NCBI GenBank assembly: GCA_000965745.1
Contig: CP009479.1
Location: 2,016,001-2,080,000, forward strand
Direction of reading: 5' to 3'
Length of the DNA: 64,000 nucleotides
Source: an uncultured archaeon
GTDB taxonomy: Archaea; Thermoplasmatota; Thermoplasmata; Thermoplasmatales; Thermoplasmataceae
Shown here: piece after piece, positions 40,822 through 50,975 of the stretch
Layout of the letters: every line of letters starts with the position of its first letter
Position numbering within the stretch: the first letter of the stretch is position 1
Position numbers and translations under genes: made by a program
The notes under the pieces: generated by a model
What the model was told of the DNA's origin: nothing
Database searches by the model: none
Seen by the model: only the letters and a program-made list of their open reading frames with translations

Positions 40822-41807
40822 TTCTTCTTTCTCTTCTTGACTTCATAATACCATAATGGGTGTTTTAGCCATTCCTGGTTGCAAAGTGTGTCGTCACCTT
40901 TGTAGCAGATATGGTTCGCCTGCAGAGTCGCACACTTTGGCGGAGAGTACTCGACTCCGGAAATCTCCCCGGTTATATGCTTGACCTGATATTCAGTTGT
41001 TCTCGGGTCAAAATCAGGTGCGGTCTTGAACTGCTCAGCTATGTTTTCACCCTTCATGCCAACTTTGTGGAGAAAGCTTGCCAGTGTCAGTCTTGCTATG
41101 TGCGGAAGGTTTACCCCATCGTGAAGCTCTTTCAGGTACTCCTTGATGCAGGGGGGGAAAAGCTTGAAATCTATCTCCCCGAGTTCCATGGTCTTCTTTG
41201 CATGGTTCTCCCTGTACAGCTTCTTCATTCTCTGTGCGAACTCAGACCACTCGCCCAGTATCTCACGTGCTGAAGAGACGTCAATCCTGTCCACAATTTC
41301 AAAGGTTCTCGCAACAAAATGCTCCCTTATGACCTTTGCAACAGTCTCCTGAACTGCGTAGACAAGACCGCCCCTTACGGCCTGGGATCTGAGCCTGTAC
41401 CGGGACCCGCTAAGCCTTCTGGTGCTTCTCAGGAACTCTTCCACCGGAATGGAAAACAGGCCATCAGTAACATCATAAGTTACACCTATCCCAACCTTTC
41501 CCGCATACTCTTCCACATCTTCCGGGTTCTCTTTTCTCAGAGAATTCTCAAGATAATCCCTCTGCTGGTTGATCACTCTTGCAGTCAGGACACTTTCGTC
41601 TATGGCCGCAAGGATCCAGAGGGCCAGCCTGAATGCGTCATTGCCTATCCCGGGTGAGATTCCCCTTTCCTCAACGCTCCTTGCTATGAATTCCTCTGCC
41701 TCATTCCTGATCCGTGAGGCCGATGAGTCATTAGAGTTCAGAATGAACTCTATTTCTGAAGGCTTTGTAAACGATTTTTCATCCGGTATTATGAGGGAAG
41801 GTGTCAT
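40818..41807 (-). CDS. priL: DNA primase large subunit
   Basis: FPPCI, LPH.AR..LASFL, PDFD...TEYQV.HI, YSPPKC Fe-S domain. Confidence 0.93.
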   Translation of the reverse strand: MTPSLIIPDEKSFTKPSEIEFILNSNDSSASRIRNEAEEFIARSVEERGISPGIGNDAFRLALWILAAIDESVLTARVINQQRDYLENSLRKENPEDVEEYAGKVGIGVTYDVTDGLFSIPVEEFLRSTRRLSGSRYRLRSQAVRGGLVYAVQETVAKVIREHFVARTFEIVDRIDVSSAREILGEWSEFAQRMKKLYRENHAKKTMELGEIDFKLFPPCIKEYLKELHDGVNLPHIARLTLASFLHKVGMKGENIAEQFKTAPDFDPRTTEYQVKHITGEISGVEYSPPKCATLQANHICYKGDDTLCNQEWLKHPLWYYEVKKRKKN

Positions 41808-42889
41808 CAGGAAACTTCTATCAGATCATACGTGGGTGCACTTGTAATTTTCTCGAATCCGTTCTTTTTAACAATCACGTCATCCTCTATGCGGACTCCT
41901 CCAAACTTTGGAATGTACACCCCGGGCTCCACCGTTACAACCATATTGGTTTTGAGGATGAAGTCCAGGTTTCTTCCAAGTGCGGGGTGATCATGGACAT
42001 CCATTCCAAGGCCGTGGCCAAGGCTATGTATGAACCTCCCCTTGTACTTGGTGTCATCAATGATTTTTGATGCTATTCCGTCCAAATCCTTTCCGTTTGC
42101 CCCGTCCTTTATCTCCTTCATGCTCTCTTCCTGGGCATTCCTGACAACTTCATACATATCCTTCTGCTCCTGGCTCGCCCTGCCAAAGACCACGGTCCTG
42201 GTTATGTCAGAACAGTACCTTTTGTACAGTGCGCCGTAGTCCATCAGCACAAAGTCACCCTTTTTCAGTTTAACATCATGGGGGCTGTAATGCGGCATGG
42301 AACTGTTTGCGCCAAAGGCTACTATTGTACTGAAAGAAGGCTCAGAAGCTCCCGCCTTCATCATCTCATAGGCCATTTCTGCTGCCACCTGGGCTTCGGT
42401 TATGCCTTCCCTGAACCTGTCCAAAATTGTGGGCAGGATCTCACTCCCAATCTTTGCCGCTTCCCTGAGCTTCTTGAGCTCTTCCTCCGATTTTATCTTC
42501 CTTGCTTCCGAAATTGAGCTGGAGACATCTATGAACTCTTTATCAGGAATTATCCTCAGCAGTTCCTTGTACAGGTCCATCGTGAGAGATGAGTAGTTGA
42601 GCCCTACTGTGTTCACGTCCTTGAACTCTTCCTTCAGGATATCCCTCATGCCGTTCCTCGAATCGTATACCACAACTTCGTGGCCGGTATCCCTGGCAAC
42701 TTCCTCCTCAAGGGAGGAGGTTATGATCTTGAGATCATCTTTCGTAGCTATGACTGCAGACCCCTCAAAGGAACCGCTTTCGGCTCCAGTAAGATAGAAG
42801 AAGTTCTTGTCAATCGAATTGCCTCCGCCGTTCAGAATCAGTATGGTTTCAGCTTCTCTGGCAAAGGTGAATAAATTCTCATAGCTCAT
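41807..42889 (-). CDS. pepQ: Xaa-Pro peptidase (M24)
   Basis: PHY, D.G...YCSDITRT, HSLGHGLG..VH, TVEPG.Y, GVRIED. Confidence 0.92.
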   Translation of the reverse strand: MSYENLFTFAREAETILILNGGGNSIDKNFFYLTGAESGSFEGSAVIATKDDLKIITSSLEEEVARDTGHEVVVYDSRNGMRDILKEEFKDVNTVGLNYSSLTMDLYKELLRIIPDKEFIDVSSSISEARKIKSEEELKKLREAAKIGSEILPTILDRFREGITEAQVAAEMAYEMMKAGASEPSFSTIVAFGANSSMPHYSPHDVKLKKGDFVLMDYGALYKRYCSDITRTVVFGRASQEQKDMYEVVRNAQEESMKEIKDGANGKDLDGIASKIIDDTKYKGRFIHSLGHGLGMDVHDHPALGRNLDFILKTNMVVTVEPGVYIPKFGGVRIEDDVIVKKNGFEKITSAPTYDLIEVS

Positions 42890-42959
42890 GAACCATAAGG
42901 TTGAGACAAAATATAATCATTCTCCAATCGCCGGATTATCGTGCCCAAAGTGTATGGCG

Positions 42960-44036
42960 TCAGAACTTTGCCTTTAAGTCCCTCATCTTGATAGCACGCC
43001 TCATCCGGTTAATCCTGATAGGTAGAGGTGGGTGGGTGATGCCGCCCGAAGCTTGGACTGGTGTCAGATTGAGATAGTTTGTCTTAAGAAGTGCGTTTAC
43101 TGCGGCTTCCTCTGTCTGGAACCTAGATGCAAACATATCAGCCTGCAGTTCATACCCTCTCTTTACGGCGGGGACAAGTGCGGGTATGCCCAGGATGAAG
43201 AGGAATATGCCTGCCTGTGTCAGGAGGGCAGAGGCCAACTCATTTGAAATATAGAGGTAGGAGAAGAACATGACCGCAGACGCAAACAGAAGGAAGAATG
43301 TCAGTGCGAGAGTCTTCAGGTTGTGCCTGTAGATCACATGCCCCAGCTCGTGGGCAAGTATCACCAGCGCCTCATTCTCAGTGAGGTTCTCGAGCAGGTA
43401 ATCAGTCACATACACTTTATTGGACAGTATTCCGGTGCAGTATGCATTTGCCACTTTCATTTTCTTCTCCGGAACAATGCGTATCGTGAATTCCGGCATG
43501 CTGGTTGAGCTTGCAATATGAGAAACACCGGATCTGATAACTTCAGACTGTATCTGGGTGGACATTTTCTCGTATCTAACAAATCTTGGGCTGTAGACGC
43601 TCAGGATGAATGACACCACTATGAATGCTATAACCACGGAAAAGAATTCAATCTGGTTGAATCCCCTGTAAGTTTCCACCAGTACGAATATCAGAACCGT
43701 AAGTACTATTGAAGCCATCCTTATCGTATACATGGAGTAATCTGAATGAATGATATAATAACCAAAACTGACAGTAAGCTCCCTGTATCTCTTCTCCGTC
43801 CTGTATCTTGCGAATATTGCCACAAGAACAGTTGCTATGTATATCGCAACAGAAAGGCCGAGCAGCAATACGCTCTCAATGAAGAATATCCAGATTATCA
43901 GCAGTACAGCAGGCATAAGGAAGAGGAGGATTGAAAAGGGCCTTGTGGCTCCTTTAAGGTGCTGGATATAGTCGATGGACCTCTTTTCCAGCTCATCGTA
44001 TTGAGGAGGGTTTGCACGGATAAGATCCTCTATCAT
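42960..44036 (-). CDS. M48 family membrane zinc metalloprotease
   Basis: NAY, LAHELGH, E.QAD, THP; start moved to ATG 44036. Confidence 0.88.
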   Translation of the reverse strand: MIEDLIRANPPQYDELEKRSIDYIQHLKGATRPFSILLFLMPAVLLIIWIFFIESVLLLGLSVAIYIATVLVAIFARYRTEKRYRELTVSFGYYIIHSDYSMYTIRMASIVLTVLIFVLVETYRGFNQIEFFSVVIAFIVVSFILSVYSPRFVRYEKMSTQIQSEVIRSGVSHIASSTSMPEFTIRIVPEKKMKVANAYCTGILSNKVYVTDYLLENLTENEALVILAHELGHVIYRHNLKTLALTFFLLFASAVMFFSYLYISNELASALLTQAGIFLFILGIPALVPAVKRGYELQADMFASRFQTEEAAVNALLKTNYLNLTPVQASGGITHPPLPIRINRMRRAIKMRDLKAKF

Positions 44037-44148
44037 GATTATTATACCCGGAGCCGGCTTAAAAGTGTGTACCCATCTCTTTATGGCCTCAGTTCCATGG
44101 ACGGCAAAAAAAGGCAATGCCTAAATTCTGGTCATTAATCATGATCCT

Positions 44149-44778
44149 GTGCTCTTAACGGAAATGTTCGAAAGCATCCAGGGCGAGGGCCCCCTGATCG
44201 GGGTGCCGATGATGTTTGTCCGGACAAACAGATGTAACCTCAGATGCAAATGGTGTGACTCAACCTACACCTTCCAGGGTGGCCAGGAATACATGCTCGA
44301 GTATGTTCTGGACAAGGTTTCCAAGTCCAGAAGCGAATGGGTATGCTTCACCGGGGGAGAGCCACTGTTGCAGAGGGATGCCCCGGAATTCGTCCGTGGT
44401 GCAGTAAAGGCGGGCAGGAAGGTCCTGATTGAGACCGGGGGTTCAATATCCATTGCCGATTTCGTCCGGATTGAAAACACAGTCATAGACATGGACATCA
44501 AGACGCCATCATCTGAAGAGCAGGAAAGCCTGGACAGGAAGAACCTGGAACTGCTGAGGAGCACAGACTATGTCAAATTTGTAATATCAGACGACCGGGA
44601 TTTTGATTACGCCGTTGATTTCCTCGGCAATCTTGGGAAAGATACGCAGGTTGTGTTTCAGCCGGCATGGGGCTCAAGCCTGAAGGAGCTCACCGAAAGA
44701 GTCCTCAAGAATAACCTGAATGTGAGGGTGCTGCCTCAACTTCACAAACTGATATGGGGGGAGATACCTGGGGTCTGA
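44149..44778 (+). CDS. queE: 7-carboxy-7-deazaguanine synthase (radical SAM)
   Basis: SIQGEG, CNLRCKWCDS, TGGEP, PQLHK. Confidence 0.92.
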   Translation: MLLTEMFESIQGEGPLIGVPMMFVRTNRCNLRCKWCDSTYTFQGGQEYMLEYVLDKVSKSRSEWVCFTGGEPLLQRDAPEFVRGAVKAGRKVLIETGGSISIADFVRIENTVIDMDIKTPSSEEQESLDRKNLELLRSTDYVKFVISDDRDFDYAVDFLGNLGKDTQVVFQPAWGSSLKELTERVLKNNLNVRVLPQLHKLIWGEIPGV

Positions 44779-44810
44779 TTTTATAGATATTCGGCATTGC
44801 TGGTGCATAC

Positions 44811-46076
44811 ATGACTGATGTCGCGATTTCGGGCAGGTTCTATTACCAGGGGAGATTCAGGGACCTGACAGTTGGGGTAACAAACGGGATAATATCAGAA
44901 ATCAAGAAGAACCTGAAGGCACAGGTGCATTATTCGGTGGAAGGCGGAATTTTACCGGGTTCAACCGATACACACGTTCATTTCAGGGACCCCGGGGAAA
45001 CTGCGAAGGAAGACTTCTCAACAGGATCGGCAGCTGCTGTTTACGGGGGAACAACCACAGTATTGGACATGCCGAACAACAGGCTGCCAATAGTGGATTA
45101 CGACCGATTTTATGATAAAAAGGCTGCAATCAGGGGGAGATCATACTGCGATTACGGCCTTTACTCCCTTTTTACAGGCGGCAATGCCCAGGTTCTCAGC
45201 AAAGAGAGCATAGCATTAAAGATATATCTGGGGGGAAGCACAAATTCAACCGGACTTGCTTCCATACCCCAGGATCAGATATCAAAACTTCGAGAGGAGG
45301 GTTTCAGGCTCGTTTTTCATGCAGAATCTGATGAATGCCTTGATAGAAACAGAAGGGAGGTGCATTCTCTCGCTGATCATGACCTGTCCAGGCCCGAAGC
45401 TTGTGAGAAGATGGCAGTGGACTACGTGGCATCCCTGAAGTACCCGGATAAAACTGTCACACACATTAGCAGCATGGCATCATTGGCGGACATAAAGTCA
45501 AGGGATTTCAAGATCGAAGCTACACCACACCATCTGCTTCTCAATGAGGCCATGGGCCTTGGCCCTAAAGGAAAGGTCAACCCACCACTGCGGTCAAAAG
45601 ATACCCAGCTCAGCCTGCTAGAAGCGTACGCCGGAGGCAGAATCGACGTGGTTTCTTCCGATCACGCGCCGCACACGGAAGAGGACAAGGATGGATTCGA
45701 GTATGCAAAATCAGGGATAATAGGTGTCGAAACCAGGCTTCCCCTGATGCTCGCACTTGTAAAGAAAGGAATTGTCCCGATGGAAGTGTTTTACCGTACA
45801 GTAATAGAGAATCCACCCGCAAATTTCGGAATCAAAAAGGGGAAGCTTGAGATCGGTTATGTCGCAGATTTCTTCTCGGTGAAGCTCTCCGAAATGCAGA
45901 AGATCAACGAGAACCGCCTCCATTCTAAGAACAGCTTCAGCCCCTTTGACGGGTTCGATGCAGTTTTCCCTGAAAATGTTTTCATCAGGGGATCACCGGC
46001 ACTGGAGAACGGGGAATTGCTTTCTGACAGGCAGGGATTGTTCCTGAACGACATTAAAGGAGCCCGAAATGCCTGA
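44811..46076 (+). CDS. pyrC: Dihydroorotase
   Basis: DTHVHFRDPG, DMPN, HAE, HIS, KVNPPLR, SDHAPH. Confidence 0.9.
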   Translation: MTDVAISGRFYYQGRFRDLTVGVTNGIISEIKKNLKAQVHYSVEGGILPGSTDTHVHFRDPGETAKEDFSTGSAAAVYGGTTTVLDMPNNRLPIVDYDRFYDKKAAIRGRSYCDYGLYSLFTGGNAQVLSKESIALKIYLGGSTNSTGLASIPQDQISKLREEGFRLVFHAESDECLDRNRREVHSLADHDLSRPEACEKMAVDYVASLKYPDKTVTHISSMASLADIKSRDFKIEATPHHLLLNEAMGLGPKGKVNPPLRSKDTQLSLLEAYAGGRIDVVSSDHAPHTEEDKDGFEYAKSGIIGVETRLPLMLALVKKGIVPMEVFYRTVIENPPANFGIKKGKLEIGYVADFFSVKLSEMQKINENRLHSKNSFSPFDGFDAVFPENVFIRGSPALENGELLSDRQGLFLNDIKGARNA

Positions 46077-46734
46077 AGATGTCTATGACGCCCCTCCCAT
46101 GGGATTCGTCTGAGATGTACTCACACTCCTCTTTAATGCTGTCAGTAGCATTTGCCACAGTTGCTTTCCTGACCGGAACCTCGTACATCGCATAGTCATT
46201 GTCAGAATCTCCACACACCAGGACTTCATCCTTGCCCAGGCCGAACATTTCAATGAGCTTTCTTATCGCGAAAGCCTTCGTCTGCCCCTTGCTCATGATG
46301 TGCCATGCGTATGTGCTGTCAACTATTTCGACCCTGTTCAGCCATTCGCCGGGTGTCCTGGCAATCTCGTTCAGCATAGCTTCCCTATCTGCAGAAAATG
46401 CAACAGAAGTTTCTCTCCACCTGTTGGTCAGAATCTCACTTATGCTTGCCCTGTTTTGAAGGTACTTAAAAAACTTCAGTGGAACTTCCTTCGTGAAAAA
46501 CGTCTCAATGGAATCGTTTGAGAGGATCACACCTCCATTCTCACCGAATACTGGCCCGTTTATTCCGAGATATGTTTTAAGCGCATACATCACTGGAATA
46601 ACGTTTCCGCTCACCAGGCTTATCAGCGTTCCCCTCTCCTGCACTTTTGGAAGGGTTTCAACAACTTCGGGGGCTATCCTCCTGTCTTTTTCGCTCAGGG
46701 TTCCGTCCACATCCAGGACTACTAGCTTAATCAC
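46054..46734 (-). CDS. Phosphoglycolate phosphatase, TA0175-type HAD
   Basis: DVDGT, SGN, ENGG, GDSDND. Confidence 0.9.
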   Translation of the reverse strand: MIKLVVLDVDGTLSEKDRRIAPEVVETLPKVQERGTLISLVSGNVIPVMYALKTYLGINGPVFGENGGVILSNDSIETFFTKEVPLKFFKYLQNRASISEILTNRWRETSVAFSADREAMLNEIARTPGEWLNRVEIVDSTYAWHIMSKGQTKAFAIRKLIEMFGLGKDEVLVCGDSDNDYAMYEVPVRKATVANATDSIKEECEYISDESHGRGVIDIFRHFGLL

Positions 46735-46781
46735 TGCACGTCACATATATATAAAATTAATAATTATTCCTGTGAAACCAA

Positions 46782-47081
46782 TTGAACAAGAAGGAAATGC
46801 TCGGCATTGCGAAAGAAAGAATCAGTATTCTCCACAGAATCTCAATGGGAGAAAAAGACACTGATATTGCGTCAGCGAGAAAGCATGTGGAGATGATGGA
46901 GGCAATAGCGAAAAGAACGGACATAACCCTCCCTCCAGGAATAAAAAGATCATACTGCAAAAAATGCAAGACCCCATACGGAGCAGAAACCAGGCTCAGA
47001 ATCAAGAAAGGAAAAATCATGCTTTTATCATGCGGTTCCTGCGGTGACAGGAGAAGACTCGTTTATTCACTACACCGCTAA
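46782..47081 (+). CDS. rnp4: RNase P protein Rpp21
   Basis: IAKERI..L, KRSYCKKC, CGSCG..RR. Confidence 0.9.
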   Translation: MNKKEMLGIAKERISILHRISMGEKDTDIASARKHVEMMEAIAKRTDITLPPGIKRSYCKKCKTPYGAETRLRIKKGKIMLLSCGSCGDRRRLVYSLHR

Positions 47082-47434
47082 GGCGCCCCGAAGACCATGC
47101 AGTTGCCGGGAAAGCAAGGGCAAATGCCAGGCAATGCTTGCGCTCTTTTTCAAAACCTGAAAGGAGACAAAAAGCAGTGCTCTCTCCCTGATTTTCCTTC
47201 TGAAACAAAAAGTGAGATTGGAGTCATGTTATCCACGCAATGGCCATTACAAGGAACAGAATTAATACTGCAGGAATCATTGTATGAACGACATCTGCCA
47301 ACTCAATAAGCCGGGCACTCCAATAATTGCAGAGTCCGCATGGTCTTAATTTTGAACGTGTAAATCCCTTCCGGCGGCACAGGGCTGCAAATCCCTGTTA
47401 GAATTAGATTGGTTGATTTACGGTACGGATAGTT

Positions 47435-47686
47435 CTACTCTGAAAGTGTTTCAACCTGGAACAGAACCTTGAAACCCTCAAGGGTCGCCTGTATTTTGTC
47501 TGCAAACCATATTGAATCTTCCGTGGTGGCATTATTTCCCCATTCGTATACAAGATCCTGCTCGCCAATGACAGGCTTGAATCCCAGTGACCTGAGTCTG
47601 TTTATTACCTCGCTTGGCTTTGCCCCCTCACTTGAAAAAGTTACTTTGAGATAGGTTTTCATAGGATTCACTCGTAGATTACCCAT
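47435..47686 (-). CDS. Small hypothetical protein
   Basis: MKTYLKVTFSSEGAKPSEV...LGF...G..D..Y.W; clean ORF, true start probably the internal Met. Confidence 0.7.
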   Translation of the reverse strand: MGNLRVNPMKTYLKVTFSSEGAKPSEVINRLRSLGFKPVIGEQDLVYEWGNNATTEDSIWFADKIQATLEGFKVLFQVETLSE

Positions 47687-47758
47687 TAATATATATTCTT
47701 TTTCTAAACCAACCGCTGCGTTAAAATGCAGGTTATTCTGAAGAAAAATGATGATTAA

Positions 47759-50700
47759 TTAGTTATCATTATCCTTTGAATTCATCTTATATGGCCACCA
47801 GTTCCATTTCTTGAGGAACATCATTATTGTAGGCACGAAGAAGGGCCAGCTGATGAAAGTATCTACAATGACACCGAGTGCGAGGCCAAGGCCTATCTCT
47901 TCCATGATCCCTATGCCGCTGGTATACAACGCGCCAAAGGTGACGAAGAGAAGCATCCCAAGGGTCACAATTACACCTCCGTTTTCCTTGATGCTGAGAA
48001 GTGTTGCCTCCTCGTCGGTTGCCCCTTTCATAACCTCTTCCCTGACCCTTGTCACCATGAATATATCATAGTCCAACCCTACTGCCAGGAGGGTGATGAA
48101 GGTGAATAATGGCAGGAAGATCAGGATAGGCTCTCCCTGGCCATAGTAGATTATCAGGAAGACTGCGGAGAGTGCAGCAAGCACTGATGACACCACCATT
48201 GCAATGAGCCTTATGGGGGTGAACAGTGAACTGAGCTGTATGAGCAGTACTGCGAATATTGCAATCAGAAGGATGGGCACCATCTTGACGAATGTGGATT
48301 CAGTATACGTGTGCGCGTCATTCAGAGATTGCGTCAGACCACCAATGTAGTAGTTCTGTACCGTCCCCTGGGCGGTGGCGCCTGATGATTCCAGAGTGCC
48401 GTTTATGAGCGTTGGAAGGGTTTTTACAAAATTGCTGGCCTGATCCCGCCAGCTGACGGAAGAAAGCTGGAAATCTATGGTCGCAAAGTGTGAATCACTC
48501 CCGATGAACGAGTTTGTTTGATTCCTGTATGTTGAGTTATAGCTCGAAGGGACGGTTGAGAAATCCGGCGGCACAAATGAGCCGTAAGGGAATGTTGGGC
48601 CGTAAACCTGGGTTATCTCATTCTGGTTCATAAGCGCCTTCTCAACTGCGCTTATCTGCCCCATTTCTGTGAGGTTGTAATTTCCGTTTGAAACAAGCGG
48701 AGATGCAAATTTCATTACTATGAATCCACGATCGAAGAAGTCGCCGTTGAACGAATTGTTAACGACTTCCAGTGCCTGGATCCCACTGCTCGATGGCACC
48801 AGGTCGAAAACATTCATGCTAGTCGGCGTCTCGAAGTAAACGTAGGAAGCGAGGAAAGTTACTACGAGGAAAACTACCAGCATCTTCTTCTTGTTGTTCT
48901 TCACAACACCCGCAATCCTTGTCATGGATTTCTCGAGGGGGAATTTCTCGGCGTGCGTTATGTCGGATGGCCAGAACAGCTTTGTGCCAGTCTTTTCTAG
49001 GATTGCGATGAGGAATGTATTGGCCAGAGCTATTGAAATGCCCACGCCTATTGCGTTGGTGAGACCGGAATCGCTGAATATAGGGATATTGGAAAGCCAG
49101 AGTACAATATAGGATAGTGCAACAGTTATGCCGGATGTGAACACAGCATGTCCTGCCCACTGCCCCGCGTCGAATAAAGCTGTGGGGTTCCCGCGCCTCC
49201 TCTCCTGCCTGTATCTTGACATGATGTAGACCACATAATCGCTTGTAAGCCCAAGGATTAGTATCAGGAGCAGTGTCGGGGTGATGAATGAGATCGAGGC
49301 ATGGAACACATACTGGTAGAGGAGTCCATTGAGGCCCATCGAAAGTACTGTTGAGAACGCGAAAATAGCCAGTGGTATGAATGCTGCAACTGGTGACCTG
49401 AAGAAAAGCCCGACGATTATGATGGAAAGGGCAATCCCAATAACAAGGGCGCGAACCATTCCGTTCAATATCTCATTGCTCAACTGCTGATCAAGAGCGC
49501 TTGTCCCTGCCACATAGTAATGGCTGCTTGGAAGCATTCCGCCTGATTTAGAATAGTTGTTTGAAATATCCGTAACAGTGTTTACAACAGTAAGGCTGTA
49601 ATTTTCAGAAAAGCTCGCAATCATTATAGTGGTACTGTTGTCGTATCCAACGAACTGGTGAAACACATACGGAGTTGGAATAACCGGGTAGCTCGCGAAT
49701 GATCCATGGAGTATTTCGCTTCTTACGAGGGATTCTATGTTGTCCGTGCTGTTAAGTGCCCTGAGGAAACCTTCCAGGGTTTGACCATTGTAAGTTATCA
49801 GGGGGTTGCCCTTGAGTGTATACTTGGTCCCGTTTGCTACCATGGGGACCATCAGCTGCATTATTTGAGGGTCGGTAGCAGGCTGTCCGAGTCCGTAAAC
49901 ACTTTCAAGGAAACCATTAACTGTCAGGTTCAGGCTGTCACCAATAAATGATACCAAGGTGGAATTCGACGACAACTGGCTGGAAAATGTGCTGATTGTA
50001 TAGTTCCTGACAAAGCCCGTATAATTTGTATCCTTGTAATAGGACCCTGCTGTACCAAGGTAGGAGAAGAACGAATAATTTGCATTTATGGCATAGATCA
50101 GATCTCTTTGTTGAGGGGTATTCTGAAGCAAAGCGTAGAAGGGGGAAGTTGAATTGTGAAGTGCCCAGTTAATGGAGTCATTCATCGCGTTCTGCAGATT
50201 TGTGGGTGTATAGTATGTGTATGTGCTATTCCAGTACTGGGTGAAGTTGTTCACGTACGAAACAGCTGGTTCAGTGTATCCTGTTGAGTTTACTGTCTGA
50301 GAATACGCCAATGAGACATTTCCACCGGTGTTGGAAAAAACACTTAGATAATATGCCGGAAGTCCATAGATCAATCCAACAGTCTGGTTTACACTGTTGT
50401 TCAGTACAGTCATCTGATTATTGATCGATGAAATCAGTGAATAGGTTGAATTCAACTCCTGTTTGAGGCCTTCGGAGAAGTGGTACAAAGTGCTGTTTTC
50501 AAGGGTGAAAGCAGTGGTAATATTATCGTATCCATTTACAGTCTTGAGATAGGATGTTACGTTCTGCTCGAGGCTGATTATTCCGGCTGCCCCTTTCTGA
50601 GTTGTCACACTGGTGTTACTGGTTACAATAATGAGTGCAGACCCGTTCGAGCCAGGACCCTCAGACGATGAGAAATACTGGGTTTGAAGGTCACTTGCTT

Positions 50701-50875
50701 TCTGAGCCATGGAATTAGCAGGAACAATACTTCCCCCAAGATTGTATGAGGTGTTGCTGAGGAAAAGAGTTGATGACGGGGCAACTAGAATGAGGGCTAT
50801 AACCCAGAAAATTATAATCCCGGTACTGTGCCTAGCTGAGAATTTCGCTATTCTGCGAAACGATGACTCAAACAT
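47759..50875 (-). CDS. MMPL/RND family transporter with large Asn/Ser/Thr-rich external loop
   Basis: Two RND TM repeats (GLTSDY...RY.QE, GLDYDIF..R.REE). Confidence 0.92.
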   Translation of the reverse strand: MFESSFRRIAKFSARHSTGIIIFWVIALILVAPSSTLFLSNTSYNLGGSIVPANSMAQKASDLQTQYFSSSEGPGSNGSALIIVTSNTSVTTQKGAAGIISLEQNVTSYLKTVNGYDNITTAFTLENSTLYHFSEGLKQELNSTYSLISSINNQMTVLNNSVNQTVGLIYGLPAYYLSVFSNTGGNVSLAYSQTVNSTGYTEPAVSYVNNFTQYWNSTYTYYTPTNLQNAMNDSINWALHNSTSPFYALLQNTPQQRDLIYAINANYSFFSYLGTAGSYYKDTNYTGFVRNYTISTFSSQLSSNSTLVSFIGDSLNLTVNGFLESVYGLGQPATDPQIMQLMVPMVANGTKYTLKGNPLITYNGQTLEGFLRALNSTDNIESLVRSEILHGSFASYPVIPTPYVFHQFVGYDNSTTIMIASFSENYSLTVVNTVTDISNNYSKSGGMLPSSHYYVAGTSALDQQLSNEILNGMVRALVIGIALSIIIVGLFFRSPVAAFIPLAIFAFSTVLSMGLNGLLYQYVFHASISFITPTLLLILILGLTSDYVVYIMSRYRQERRRGNPTALFDAGQWAGHAVFTSGITVALSYIVLWLSNIPIFSDSGLTNAIGVGISIALANTFLIAILEKTGTKLFWPSDITHAEKFPLEKSMTRIAGVVKNNKKKMLVVFLVVTFLASYVYFETPTSMNVFDLVPSSSGIQALEVVNNSFNGDFFDRGFIVMKFASPLVSNGNYNLTEMGQISAVEKALMNQNEITQVYGPTFPYGSFVPPDFSTVPSSYNSTYRNQTNSFIGSDSHFATIDFQLSSVSWRDQASNFVKTLPTLINGTLESSGATAQGTVQNYYIGGLTQSLNDAHTYTESTFVKMVPILLIAIFAVLLIQLSSLFTPIRLIAMVVSSVLAALSAVFLIIYYGQGEPILIFLPLFTFITLLAVGLDYDIFMVTRVREEVMKGATDEEATLLSIKENGGVIVTLGMLLFVTFGALYTSGIGIMEEIGLGLALGVIVDTFISWPFFVPTIMMFLKKWNWWPYKMNSKDNDN

Positions 50876-50975
50876 GCAAATCCTACGGGCAATTGGAAGG
50901 ATAAAATTAAAGTTTTTCAGTTGAAGAAAATTTGAGGCATAAAGTTCTTGTTCGGTAAGGAGTTTTTAAACTGAG

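Noticed and set aside
47082-47434. RNase P RNA or SRP RNA next to rpp21
   Set aside because: The conserved GAGGAAAGTCC (RNase P) and SRP helix-8 signatures were not found on either strand
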